This document shows positions 1-13,203 of a DNA stretch of 64,000 bases, piece by piece (the stretch's first letter is position 1; each line of letters starts with the position of its first letter). Location: assembly GCF_032444005.1 (NCBI RefSeq), contig NC_091287.1:353338001-353402000 (forward strand), written 5' to 3'. The stretch comes from Ranitomeya imitator (Eukaryota). A program made the translations under genes and the position numbers. The notes below the pieces were generated by a model. That model was not told the origin of the DNA and did not search any database. It worked only from the letters and a program-made list of their open reading frames with translations.

Positions 1-407
1 CTTTAGGGTTTTGTGTAGACCGCAAAGTTACCTTTTCTGTCCTCGCTCTGTTAAGAAAGTCGGGCCTCACTTTCCTGAATCTATTTCATCTCTACGTTTG
101 TCTTTTCATCTTAACTCACAGTCATTATATGTGGGGGGCTGCCTTTTCCTTTGGGGTATTTCTCTGAGGCAAGGTAGGCTTATTTTCTATCTTCAGGCTA
201 GTTAGTTTCTCAGGCTGTGCCGAGTTGCATAGGCAGAGTTAGGCGCAATCCACGGCCGCCTCTAGTGTTGTTTGGAAAGGATTAGGGATTGCGGTCTGCA
301 GAGTTCCCACGTCTCAGAGCTCGTTCTATGATTTTGGGTTATTGTCAGATCACTGTATGTGCTCTGACCGCTATGTCCATTGTGGTACTGAATTGCCTTT
401 CATAACA
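1..407 (-). mobile_element. Gypsy-family LTR, partial (runs off window start)
   Basis: Reverse-complement homologue of the LTRs at 25152-25922 and 50987-51757; ends in ...CATAACA (rc TGTTATG, the LTR terminus). Confidence 0.85.
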
Positions 408-411
408 CTAA

Positions 412-1120
412 GGGTACCGTCACACAGTGGCACTTTGATCGCTAGGATGGCACGATCCGTGACGTTCCAGCGATATCCTAACGATCTCGCTGTGTCTGAC
501 ACGCTACTGCGATCAGGGACCCCGCTGAGAATCATACGTCATAGCAGATTGTTTGAAACTTTATTTCGTCACTGGATCTCCCGCTGACATCGCTGAATCG
601 GCGTGTGTGACGCCGATTCAGCGATGTCTTCACTGGTAACCAGGGTAAACATCGGGTTACTAAGCGCAGGGCCGCGCTTAGTAACCCGATATTTACCCTG
701 GTTACCAGTGTAAATGTAAAAAAAAAAACACTACATACTTACATTCCCGGTGTCTGGTCATGTCCCTCGCCTGCTTCCCGCACTGACTGGTGAGCGCCGG
801 CCGGCCGTAAATTACAGCGGTGACATCACCACTGTGCTTTCCGGCTGTCCGGCGCTCACTGTCAGTGCAGAGAAGCACAGCGCCGAGGGACGCGACAGGA
901 ATGTAAGTATGTAGTGTTTTTTTTTTTACGTTTACGCTGGTAACCAGGGTAAACATTGGGTTACTAAGCGCGGCCCTGCGCTTAGTAACCCGATGTTTTA
1001 CCCTGGTTACCAGGGGACTTTGGGAGCTGTGTGACAGCTCTCCAGCGACCACACAGCGACGCTGCAGCGATCAACATCGTTGTCGTATCGCTGCAGCGTC
1101 GTTTTAGTGTGACGGTACCC
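412..1120. mobile_element. PIF/Harbinger-type MITE with internal ~70-bp palindromes
   Basis: TIRs GGGTACCGTCACAC / GTGTGACGGTACCC; TAA TSD at 409-411 and 1121-1123; same family as 27931-28654. Confidence 0.85.
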
Positions 1121-1619
1121 TAATAAGCTACAGCGTTGATGCACAAAAATATAAGCTCCACTGTCCCTGCAAAGAAGAGGTGGTGTTAGACAGTGGAAAT
1201 CGCTACAGCACAAGCAGTTTCAGGGTTAATCTTCCCTCCTTAACTATATCCCTTCTTCTGATGCAGCTGCAGCAACCTCTCCCTATGCTAAGATTGGCAG
1301 AAGTAAGATGGCGGTCGGTGTGCATGCACGCCCCTTTATAGCCCCTGTGACGCCGCAGAAAGCAAGCCAATCCCTGTCATGCCCTTCTCTTAGATGGTGG
1401 GGACCGAGACCTATGTCATCACGCTGCCCACACTCTGCGTCCTCCTTCATTGGATGAGAAATGGCGCTGAAAACGTCATACGAAACGTGACTTTGGCGCG
1501 CTAATCGCCGACCTCATGGCCGATCCCACACTAGGATCGGGTTGGGTTTCACGAAACCCGACTTTGCTGAAAGTCGGCGATTTTTTTAATTTGTCCGATC
1601 CATTTCGTCCAACCCTATG

Positions 1620-2860
1620 TATGACTAATTGAATCCATAAAAAAAAATTGGAATTTTTTTGGGAATGTTATGTACCACCAAAATTGAACACAAAGCATGT
1701 AAGACTGTATAGATGAGTAATTGAATCCAGACAAATTTTTCAATGCTTTTTTGGAGTCTTGTATACCATCGAAATTTCACAGAAAGCACCTAATACTGTA
1801 TGGATGACTAATTGAATCCAGACAAATTTTTCAACACTTTTTTTAAGTGTTATATACCACTGAAATGTCACAGAAAGCACCTAATACTCTATTTATGACT
1901 AAATGATTCCAGACATTTTTTTTCAACGCTTTTGTCAGGATCCCCAGGACTGCTATACTGGTCAGTACCTGGGTCCCGATGAGCACGCGACTATATGGGG
2001 GCTTACCGTAGACAGTAGAGAAGTTAGAATGTCCCGGAATGGCAGTTGGCATGCAGGACCTGTGGCACGTGACTGTCGGTGTGGAGCCGGAGGTGGAGTC
2101 AGCTGCGGGCCTCCCAGAGGGAGCAGCAGCTGTGAGAACTGGCGACCAGGAGCCGGAGCCAAGGGCAACAGGTAACCCAAATGGGCAAAGGTGCAAATGA
2201 GCATCGAGTATAAGGGGAGTCCTAAAACAGAGCCAAGGGTCAAAAGCTGAGAGGTACAAAACATACTCAGGAGTGAAGACAGTAGCATAGCCGGGAAACA
2301 AGCAGAAGTCAGACACCAAGAAGTCAAATAGATGGAACCGAATCAGTGGGTAGATGCACAATGGGGACAGACTGGGTCAAAAAACAGAGATCAAACAAAG
2401 CAGCAGGCACATCGCACAAATACAAAATGCACAGGCGTCACTTAAGTAAGCCAAGGGCACAAGTATAACTGATGAAGATGGAGGTCTGCAGTGGCTATAA
2501 AAACCCTCCCTATGCCCAAACTGAGGCCACAGTGTTAACCCCCGAGGCTCCAGCTCGATCTTAACCACAGGATCATTACAGCTTTTTTGGGGTGTTATAT
2601 TCCACCTTAATGTCATACAAAGCACCTAATACTCTATGGATGACTAATTAAATGCAATCAAATTATTCAACTCTTTTTTCAAGTGTTATATACCACCAAA
2701 ATGTAACAGAAAGTACCTAATACTGTAGGGAGGACTAACTGAATCCAAATTTCAACACTTGTTTGGAGTGTTATATAACACAGAATTTTAACACAAAGCA
2801 TCTAATACTGTATGGATGAGTAATTGAATCCAGAAAAAAGTTTTGAACGTAGACCCCTGA
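1620..2860. repeat. ~90-bp tandem satellite, interrupted by a solo LTR
   Basis: Recurrent unit GATGACTAATTGAATCCAGACAAATTTTTCAACAC...AAAGCACCTAATACT on both sides of 1933-2580. Confidence 0.8.
1933..2580. mobile_element. Solo LTR (648 bp)
   Basis: TGT...ACA ends; 5-bp TSD GCTTT (1928-1932, 2581-2585); shares CATGCAGGACCTGTGGCACGTGAC with 57907-58516. Confidence 0.8.
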
Positions 2861-2864
2861 ACGG

Positions 2865-2994
2865 NNNNNNNNNNNNNNNNNNNNNNNNNNNNNNNNNNNN
2901 NNNNNNNNNNNNNNNNNNNNNNNNNNNNNNNNNNNNNNNNNNNNNNNNNNNNNNNNNNNNNNNNNNNNNNNNNNNNNNNNNNNNNNNNNNNNNN
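2865..2994. other. Assembly gap (130 N)
   Basis: Run of N. Confidence 1.
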
Positions 2995-4895
2995 ACTCTC
3001 ATAAGAAAGTGTAGAAAGTGTCTCCTGAAGCATGAGCTAAAGGCACAACGTTTCTGGAAAACACCCATGGAGTAGAAATCGTCACTACAGGTAAATTCCC
3101 AAGGGGGTGTAATTTCCAAAATGGGGTCACTTGAGGGGGGATTCTGCTTTTCTTGCAATTGTCTATGATATGGGGTCCGCAAAATATTCTAGGAGAATCT
3201 GCGCTCCAAGAGGCAAATAGCGCTCCGTCCCTCCTGAGTCTCGCCGTGTGGTCAACAGTACTGTACAGCCACATATGGGGCATTTCTACATTGAGCAGAA
3301 ATTGTGGGACACATTTTGGTGCCATTTTTACCCATTTCTCAGTATGAAAATGTAAAATCTGTGGCTAACACAAAATCTTGGTGGTAAAAATGTAAATAAT
3401 TTTTTCTTCACTGCCTAATCGTATAAAATTCTGTGATACACTTGTGGTGATAACATGATTACATGTAGTTTGTAAAATGGGGTCACTCATGGGGTGTTCT
3501 GCTGTTCTGGCACCTCATGGGCTCTACCAATGTGACATGTCACACTCAAACCAGTGCAGCAAAATCTGCACTGTAATATAGCGCTCCTTCCCTTCTGAAC
3601 TTTGCATCAAAAGTAGTTTTTGACCACATATGGGGTATCGATGTACTCACGAGAAATCGCAAAGCAATTTTTGGGGTACATTTTCTACTGTTACCCTTGT
3701 GAAAATGCAAAATTGGGGCTCAAAAACATTTTTGTGGAAAAAATGTGATTTTTTTTTTTAATTTTCACGGCTCAACGTTATAAACTTACATAGTAACATA
3801 GTAACATAGTTAGTGAGGCCGAAAAAAGACATTTGTCCATCTAGTTCAGCCTATACCATACTATACTATACTTCTGTGAAGTACCTGGGGTCGTGCTCAA
3901 CACACTATATATCTTCCCAGAAAGGTCTAGTTTCCAAAATGGTGTCACTTATGGGGGATTTCTATTGTTTAGGCACACCAAGGGCTCTCCAAACATGACA
4001 TGGCATCCACTAATTATGCCAGCAAATTTTACATTCAGAAACTCAAATGGCGCTCCTTCCCTTCTGAGCCCTGCCGTGCACACAAACAGTGCTCACGACA
4101 AATTGCACAACAAATTGTATGGTGCAGTTTCTCCTGTTACCCTTAAGAAAATGCAAAATTTGGAGCTAAAAAACATTTTCGTGAGAAAGATTAGATTTTA
4201 TTATTTTAACAACTCAACGTTATAAACTTCTATGAAACACCTGTTTCATAGATAAGTGGCGTCCGCTAATTATTCCAGCAAATTTTACATTCAAAAAGTC
4301 AAATGGCGCTCCTTCCCTTCCCAGATCTGCTATGCGCCCAAACAGTTGTTTTACCCCACATGTGGGGTATCGGTGTGCTCATTAGAAATTGAACAACAAA
4401 TTGTATTGTCCATTTTGTCCTGTCTAAAAAATGTATTTAAAAAAAATGTAAATGTTTATTTTTTTCCATCCACATTCCATTAATTCCTGTGAAACACCTG
4501 AAGTGTTAAAAACTTAATGAATGTGGTTTTGAGCACCTTGATGGGTGCAGTTTTTAGAATGGAGTCACTTTTGTTTATTTTCTGTCATATATGCCCCTCA
4601 GAGTCATTTCAAAAGTGATGTGGTCCCTAAAAAAATGGTTTTGTAAATTTTGTTAAAAAATGAGAAATCGCTGGTCAACTTTTAACCCTTCTAACTCCCT
4701 AGCAAAGAAAATTATGTTTCAAAAATTGTGATAATGTAAAGTAGACATGTGGGAAATTATATTTATTAACTATTTTATGTAACATGACTCTCTGATTAAA
4801 GGGTATCAAAATTAAGTTTTAAATGTGCAAAAATTTTAAAATTTTCACCAAATTTCAATTTTTTTTCTCAAATAAGCGTGTCATATCGAAGAAAT
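2995..4895. mobile_element. Truncated copy of the large non-autonomous piggyBac-like family with ~390-bp internal units
   Basis: Homologous to 12610-13200 and, in reverse complement, to 14214-16990; repeated AAATGG(G/T)GTCACT units. Confidence 0.7.
3788..3870 (-). mobile_element. Probable CR1-type LINE 3' end fragment
   Basis: ACATAGTA octamer repeats (rc TACTATGT tail) interrupting the host repeat; family assignment is inferred. Confidence 0.45.
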
Positions 4896-5008
4896 ACTGG
4901 GTCATTTACATATTATAATATTCAGTTCTTAATATTGCTGATTGTTGGCTAAGCACTATATTTACGTTTTCTTTTAAAAGGTGCTGAAATCTTTCTGTAC
5001 TGGATATA

Positions 5009-6604
5009 CAGCACAGAGCAAAAGTTTGGACACACCTTCTCATTTAAAGATTTTTCTGTATTTTCATAACTATGAAAATTGTAAATTCACACTGAAGGCA
5101 TCAAAACTCTAAATTAACACATGTGGAATTATATACTTAGTGTGAAAAATATGTCTAATATTCTAGGTTCTTCAAAGTAGCCACCTTTTGCTTTGATGAC
5201 TGCTTTGCACACTCTTGGCATTCTCTTGATGAGCTTCAAGAGGTAGTCACCGTAAATGGCCTTCCAACAATCTTGAAGGAGCTCCCAGAGATGCCTAGCA
5301 CTTGTTGGCCCTTTTGCCTTCACTCTGCAGTCCAGCTCACTCCAAGCCATCTCCATTGGGTTCAGGTCTGGTGACTGGAGGTCAGGTCATCTGACGTAGC
5401 ACCCCATCCCTCTCCTTGGTCAAATAGCCCTTACACAGCCTGGAGGTGTGTTTAGGGTCATTGTCCTGTTGAAAAATAAATGATGGTCCAAGTAAACGCA
5501 AACCAGATGCAATAGCATGCCGCTGCAAAATGCTGTGGTAGCCGTGCTGGTTCAGTATGCCTTCAATTTTGAATAAATCCCCAACAGTGTCACCAGCAAA
5601 GCACCCCCACACCATCACACCTCCTCCATGCTTCACGGTGGGAACCAGGCATGTCCATCCGTTCACCTTTTCTGCGTTGCACAAAGACGCGCTGGTTGGA
5701 ACCAAAGATCTCAAATTTGGACTCATCAGACCAAAGCACAGATTTCCACTGGTCTAATGTCCATTCCTTCTGTTCTTTCGCCCAAACAAGTCTCTTCTGC
5801 TTGTTGCCTGTCCTTAGCAGTGGTTTTCTAGCAGCTATTTTACCATGAAGGCCTGCTGCACAAAGTCTCCTCTTAATAGTTTTTGTAGAGATATGTCTGC
5901 TACTAGAACTCTGTGAGGCATTGACCTGGTCTCTAATCTGAGCTGCTGTTAACCTGTGATTTCTGTGGCTGGTGACTTGGATAAACTTATCCTCAGAAGC
6001 AGAGGTGACTTTTGGTCTTCCTTTCCTGAGGCGGTCCTCATGTGAGCCAGTTTCTTTGTAGCGCTTGATGGTTTTTGCAACTGCACTTGGGGACACGTTC
6101 AAAGTTTTCCCATTTTTTTTGACTGACTGATGTTCATTTCTTAAAGTAATGATGGCTACTCGATTTTCTTTACTTAGCTGCTTTTTTCTTGCCATAATAC
6201 ACATTCTAACAGTCTATTCAGTAGGACTATCAGCTGTGTATCCACCAGACTTCTGCACAACTGATGGTCCCAACCCCATTTATAAGGCATGAAATCCCAC
6301 TTATTAAACCTGACAGGGCATACCTGTGAAGAGAAAACTATTTCCGGTGACTACCTCTTGAAGCTCATCAAGAGAATGCCAAGAGTGTGCAAAGCAGTCA
6401 TCAAAGCAAAAGGTGGCTACTTTGAAGAACCTAGAATATGAGACATAATTTCAGTTGTTTCACACTTTTTTGTTACGTATATAATTCCACATGTGTTAAT
6501 TCATAGTTTTGATGCCTTCAGTGTGAATGTACAATTTTCATAGTCATGAAAATACAGAAAAATCCTTAAATGAGAAGGTGTGTCCAAACTTTTGCTCTGT
6601 ACTG
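5009..6604 (-). mobile_element. Tc1-family DNA transposon (full length, decayed)
   Basis: Long TIRs starting CAG...AGAGCAAAAGTTTGGACACACC; TA TSDs at 5007-5008 and 6605-6606. Confidence 0.95.
5129..6204 (-). pseudogene. Tc1 transposase (DD34E type), frameshifted
   Basis: Three ORF pieces: HTH and WSDESKFE (5590-6204); VMVWGCF...FQQDNDPKH (5382-5726); MEMAWSELD...KAKGGY (5129-5356). Confidence 0.92.
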
Positions 6605-6628
6605 TACTTGCATAAACAATGTACATAT

Positions 6629-7384
6629 TGCTAGGGCTGTCGGAACGCACCGAGTAAATATCGAGATGATATAGGTGCGTTCGCAGCCCGGGGTCCACCG
6701 TGCAGGAGTGGAACCTTCTGCTAGTAAATGACAACACGTTATGGCGGTACTATGCCTGAATAGACACGGGTTCCATCACCCGGTCTGTATAGGAGTGAAT
6801 TCTGTTGCTTCACAGAGTCGCCGTGATTAGAGATAACGCTGTGCTCTGTTAACCTCACAGAGGATCACAGCTCACAAATGGAGCAGGTAGCTTACAGTGG
6901 TCATATAGTCAGCAATAGCCCACAAACAACTCCTCTCCGGAGGTGCTGGAATTCTAGTGGCTTTACAGCCGACCCTGAGCACATGCTGACACAGACAACA
7001 AGGTAGCTAAGCTCATAGACATAAGTTGATACTAGCGCATGGCCGTGAGGCCATGCGAACCTTTTATAGAGAAAGCTCTCCAGGACCTTCCTAGTGATCC
7101 AATAAGAACTGCTTCAGGACCTGAGCATGTGACCCCCGACCTCCAATCAGAAGTCGTGCCTTGGGCATGCTCAGTAGCGGAAAAGCAGGACTTAGTCCCA
7201 GGAGCATCTGCTCGCCGCTGAACAGTGCTGGTTACAATGGCTGAGCCTGGAAGATCAGCAGTAACCAAGCGCACAGTATGTGACTGAGCCAGATGCTGGG
7301 ACCGACGTCTCCGCTGAGCAGGCTCCACTGCTGCTGTGAAGATTGGGAGACTGCAGCGGAGGTGGCTCGAGATTGCACCTAACA
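6629..7384. mobile_element. Solo LTR (756 bp)
   Basis: TGCTAGG...CCTAACA ends; 5-bp TSD CATAT (6624-6628, 7385-7389); related in reverse orientation to 21623-22475. Confidence 0.8.
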
Positions 7385-7479
7385 CATATTCTACTAATTG
7401 CTTTGACTGCTGCCCATCTATCACTCACTTGTCGCATATTAAATCTATATATCTAAGCAACTGTTTTTTAACTAATCAT

Positions 7480-8140
7480 ACATAATAATAATAATCTTTA
7501 TTTATATAGCGCCAACATATTCCACAGTGCTTTACGGTTTAACAGTTTCAAATGCAAGTCATAAGAAACAACGTTAACAATACAATAATTAAAGCAAAAT
7601 AAGCTGACCCTGCTCGTGAGAGCTTACAATCTTCATTGAGGTGGGGGAGATACAAAGTACTGGTGTGTATTTACAATGATGTATTTACAATGATGGTCCA
7701 CTCATCTTGAGGGAGTGGGAGATAGATGGAGATAGTGAATGGGCTACACATTCACACTTACACATAAAATGACTTTGATTCGGGAACATGATAGGCTGCT
7801 CTGAACAAATGTGTTTTGAGGGAGCGCCTAAAACTATGCAAATTGTAGAAGGTCCTAATTTCTTGGGGAAGAGCATTCCAGAGGATTGGCGCCGCGCCGC
7901 AGAAGTCTTGGAGTTGGGAGTGGGAGGTACGGATTAGTGCAGAGGTTAATCGAAAGTCGTTTGCAGAGCGCAGCAGTCGGTTAGGCTGATAGACAGAGAT
8001 AAGGGAGGAGATTTAAGGGGGTGCCGCATTGTGGAGAGCTTTGTGGGTGAGAACAAGTACTTTTATTTGGACCCTATAATGAATGGGCAGCCAGTGTAAC
8101 GATTGGCGAAGAGCGTATGTGTCTGAATACCGATTAGCTA
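7480..8140 (-). mobile_element. L2-clade LINE 3' fragment
   Basis: (AAT)n then CTTTATTTATATAGCGCC, the rc of an L2 3' tail; homologous in rc to 9500-10170. Confidence 0.75.
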
Positions 8141-10177
8141 GATGGATCTTCATGATCCTACAACACAAAACAACTGTTCAGCACATTCAACTCTCTCCTC
8201 AGCCCACCACTGTCACCTGCAACTCCCCTCAACTCTGCCAAGGACTTTGCCACCTATTTAAAAAATGAGATTGACCAAACAAGGCAAAACTTTACTGTTC
8301 CACCAACCCAACCACCCATATACCTGACTTCTGCCATTCCCTAATAACCTCCCTCTCCAACATCACTGAAGGAGAGCTCACTCACCTCCTTTCCAAATCA
8401 CACCTCACCACCTGTGCATCTGACCCCTTCCCTTCCCACCTGCTCCCCATCCTCACTAACAAGCTCATTCCAGCCCTTACCCATCTCTTCAAACTATTGC
8501 TATCTTCTGGTACCTTCCTCACTGCCTTCAAACATGCCACCATCACACCAATCCTCAATAAAACTAACCTTGACCCAACTGCTATGCCCAGCTATCACCC
8601 CATATCACTGCTCCCATTTGCTTCCAAACTCCTTGAGCAAGATGTCCATGCTCAACTTTCCAACCACCTCTCATCTAACTCTCTCCTTGACAACCTTTAA
8701 TCTGGCTTCTGCCCCATCACTCCACCGAAACTGCCCTGACCAAAATTACTAATGACTTACAGCCAAAGCTAACAGACAGTTCTCCATCCTCCGCCTTCTC
8801 GACCTGTTCTCTGCCTTTGACAGTCGACCACTGCCTACTGCTACAGATTCTTTCTTCCCTTGGCATCAAAGACCTTGCCCTGTCCTGGATTGCCTCATAC
8901 CTTGCTTCATACTTTCCGCCTGCACATTCAGTGTTTCCCACTCCCACACTACCTCCTCATCCCACCCTCTCTCTGTTGGAGTCCCTCAAGGCTCTGTCCT
9001 GGGGTCCCTACTTTTTTCCATCTATACCCTTGGCCTAGGACAACTCATAAGGTCCCATGGCTTTCAGTACCACTTGTATGCGGACAACACTCAGATCTAC
9101 CTCTCTGGCCCAGATGTTACCTCTCTGCTGTCCAGAATCCCATAGTGTCTATCAGCCATATCCTCCTTCTTCACCTCTCGCTTCCTAAAACTCATTGTAG
9201 AAAAAACCAGACTCATCATATTTCCTCCATCTCACGTACCTCCCCTACCCAACTTATCTATTATGGTAAATAGCATCACGCTCTCTCCCTCACCTGAAAT
9301 CCACTGCCTTGGAGTAACTCTAGATTCTGCCAAGTCCTACAAACCGCACGTCCAAACTCTTGCCACCTCCTGTTGCCTCCAACTCAAAAATATTTCCAGA
9401 ATCCGTACCTTCCTCAGCCCTCAATCTACTAAAACTCTTGTGCATGCCCTCATCATCTCCCACCTCGATTACAGTAAAACCCTCTTCTGTGGCCTCCCCG
9501 CTACCTCTCTTGCACCACTCCAGTCTGTCCTCAACTTCGCTGCCCAACTAATCCACCTCTTTCCTCCCTACTCCCCTGTTTCTCCCCTCTGCAAATCCCT
9601 CCACTGGCCCCTAATTCCCCAACGAATCCAGTTCAAACTACTAACACTGATTTACAAAGCCATCCACAACCTGTCCCCTCCCTATATCTCTGAACTAGTC
9701 TCCCAATATCTTCCCTCACGTAACCTTCGATTCTCACAAGACCTCCTACTCTCCTCCACACTTATTCTTTCCTCACACAACCGCCTCCAAGATTTCTCCC
9801 GAATATCCTCCATCCTCTGTAATTCCATGCCTCAACACGACCGATTATCCACCAACCTCGGATCCTTCAGATGGAAACTGAAAAAGCATCTCTCTAGGAA
9901 AGCTTACAGCCTGTAATAACAATTCTGCCGCATCACCACCACCCGAGCTGCCGCCTCACCACCACTGGAGCTGCTGCACCCCGACCTCCTGTCTCTTCCC
10001 CATTATCCCATAGAATGTAAGTCTGCAAGGACAGGGTCCTCTCCCCTCTGTACCAGTCTGTTATCGTAAATTTGTTTACTGTAAACGATATCTATAACTT
10101 TGTATGTAACCCCTTCTCATGCACAGCACCATGGAATTAATGGTGCTATATAAATAAATAATAATAATAATAATAAT
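8140..10177 (+). mobile_element. L2-clade LINE, 5'-truncated, decayed ORF2 (RT)
   Basis: ORF pieces with [43 protein letters not shown]; 3' UTR ends in (AAT)n. Confidence 0.9.
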
Positions 10178-10585
10178 GGACAACCCTGGCTGCTGCATTA
10201 AGGATAGACTGGAGAGGGGAAAGTCGAGTGAGGGGGAGGCCAATTAATAGAGCGTTGCAATAATCCAGACAGAAGTGGATCTAGGCGACAGTGAGAGTTT
10301 TTGTTGTTTCCATAGTGAGAAAAGGGCAGATTCTAGAGATTTTTTTAGGTGTAAGAGACATGAGTGGGCAAGAGATTGTATTTGGGATGTCAAGGAGAGA
10401 TTGGTGTCAAACGTAACACCCAGACAGCGCGTCTACTGCCGGGGTGTTATTATGGTGCCACCCACGGAGAGGGAAATGTCAGATTTAGGGATGTTAGTAG
10501 ACGGTGCGAGCAGAAGAAGTTCAGTTTTGGATAGGCTGAGTTTCAGATAGAGAGCGGATGTGATGTCGGAGACTGCGGACAGACA
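10178..10585 (-). mobile_element. L2 ORF2 fragment, inverted
   Basis: Reverse-complement similarity to the C-terminal L2 ORF2 region (9200-9600). Confidence 0.65.
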
Positions 10586-12410
10586 GTACATATATAGTTC
10601 AGAAGATACAAATTAATAGAAATCATAGATATTATTTGGTATTATTCCAATGTATACTCGATTATATGTACAGCAGGAAAAATAATCAAACACATCATGC
10701 CAAGCACAGAGGAGTCGTGGTGCTGTCTACCGATAGTCTGTAGTTGATATAGCGCCTACTCCAATTAGCTAATTATAATGAAATTCTGAATACAGAGATT
10801 AGTGTTAAGACATCTGCCAGACCATGTGGTGTTATCTTAAAGCCACAGCAAATAATAATGACAGTGCCCATACGAAGTTGAGACAGTTAACGGAAGATCC
10901 ACAAATTTCTTGTTAAATGACATATGGTAATAAGTCATAATAATTACATCCCTAGCATTGTTGTATCAGTATTAGAAGTGGATTCTACTAATCTGTTGTC
11001 CACAAAAGACACCAAACATCTAAATGTTCTCTGCATGCCTCTGAATATAGAATCATGCCTTCTGTGATATAGAAAATCTTATTTCCTAAAAAAAAAATCC
11101 TTATTAAATTAAGGATTAGGACCAAAGCACACTGCCGTATTACAGCTCCATGCAGTTCTCAAGCTAGAATGCTATAGGGCTCTCTTTAATGTGAAATGAA
11201 TATTTTATACATTTTATAAATTTAAAAATCTGAATACTGTTTGTTCACAATATTGACGAGTAGTCTGCCAGTTTATTCAATTCCATAAAAAACACATAAG
11301 TGTATACTTTGGGTTTTTTTTTAGGAATAAATTTAAAGAAATTCATATTTGAATCTTTCGGCTGTGAATAAAGCCTCACTGATTTTGTGTCAATTTAAAA
11401 AATAGTTTCAACACTGACGTCCTCCATACTTATCATATAATACAACTGCTCTTTGTCTTTTTTTTTTCTAGCTTGTTCATTTATCCACTGCACAAATTAT
11501 TCTCTTTGCTACTGCGACCCTCCACCCTCAATGTAAAAACGTATAACAGGTATTATGGTTCTTCATATAAAATTTATATTTAGGTTTGTGGATAAAAGGT
11601 CGATTTTAGGAGAATCTGTCACCAGGTTTTTGCTATCCCATCTGAGAGCAGCATAAAGTAGTAGCAGAGATCCTGAATTTAGCAATGTATCACCGGGTTT
11701 CTTATGCACAATGTAGACAGAAATCTATCAATCAAAGAAAAGGGTGAGGATATACAGAGCTCTTCAGTGAGAAGACTAGCAGATAAATCAGTCATAATAT
11801 TCTCTCTATCCCTATTGATGCTGCCCTTGAATTTGGAAGCATAATCCTTTTAAACGGTAGCGGTTAAGCGGCCTTATTCCTTAGCACCGCTTTTTAACGG
11901 TTCTGAGAAATAACTGTATAGCGCCTCTGAGCCTCGGAAAATCTCCAGGATCTCAGCTACCAGCTGAGACCCCGGAGAACATGTTTTGGGCCAATTTTTA
12001 CCATCCCTGGCACGTGATAACCATTATTCACTGAATAATGGCGATAAAACAAGTCTGATTTTCCATTTATTTCTCTCTCCTCTGATATGATCTAGCATAC
12101 CAGAGGAGAGAGAAATGGTGTCCCTCAAGTCCCCCCTACACCATGCCTGGACCTTCCTGATCCATCTCGTGGTCCTCCACATCATCTTCCAGGAAGAAAA
12201 TGGCGGGTGCATGCACAGTGCGACCACCGAGATCTGCCGGCTGGTACCTGGCAACAATAGGACATTTTTCCTATTGGTTAGTTTTTATCACTGTGATAGA
12301 CTTTATCACAGTGATCAAATTAAAAAATAGTAAATCAAATCGCCCTTTGTCACCACCTTAGTTAGATAAAAATAATAAAATAAAAAAGTTATAATTTGTT
12401 CCATTCATTG

Positions 12411-12610
12411 CAGTTAGGGTTGGGGTTATTGTTAGAGTTAGGATTGGGGTTAGGGTTGGGTTCAGAGCTGGGTTAGAGCTGAGATTAGGGTTGTGGTTAT
12501 GGTTGGGGTTGTGTTGGAGTTAGGGTTGTGCTGAGTTTAATGTTGGGTTGGGGTTAGAGTTGGGATTAGGGTTAGGGTTATGTTAGGGTTAGGGTTGGAG
12601 TTAGAATTGG
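12411..12610 (+). repeat. Degenerate telomere-like (TTAGGG)n tract inside the transposon
   Basis: TTAGGG, TTGGGG and TTAGAG variants. Confidence 0.85.
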
Positions 12611-13203
12611 GGGGGTTTCCACTGTTTTGGCACATCAGGGGTCTCCAAACACGACATGGTGCCCACCATCGATGCCAGCCAATCTTGTGTTCAAAAAGTC
12701 AAACAGTGCTCCCTCCTTTGTGAGCCCTGCCGTGCGCCCAAACAGTGGATTTCCCCCACATATGGGTTATCGGTGTACTCAGTAGAAACTGCACAACAAA
12801 TTTTGGGGTCCATTTCCTCCTGATACTCTTGTGAAAATAAAAAAGTTTGGGTCTAAAGTAATTTTTTTGTGAAAAAAGTTAAATGTTATTTTTGTCCTTC
12901 CACATTGCTTTAGCTCTCGTAAAACACCTGGCTAATAAACTTCTTGAATGTGGTTGTAAGCACCTTGAGAGGTGCAGTTATTAGAATGGTGTCACTTTGG
13001 ATATTTTCTGTCATTTTCTGACCCCTCAAAGTCACTTGAAATGTAATGTGGTCTCTAAAAAAAAAGTGTTTTGTAAATTTTGTTGGAAAAATGAGAAATC
13101 GCTGGTCAACTTTTAAGCCTTATAACTTCCTAACAAAAAAATGATGTTTCCAAAATTGTGCTGATGTAAAGTAGACATGTGGGAAATATTATTTATTAAC
13201 TAT

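Noticed and set aside
2465-2500. CTGATGA motif
   Set aside because: No downstream stem II, GAAA or matching stem I
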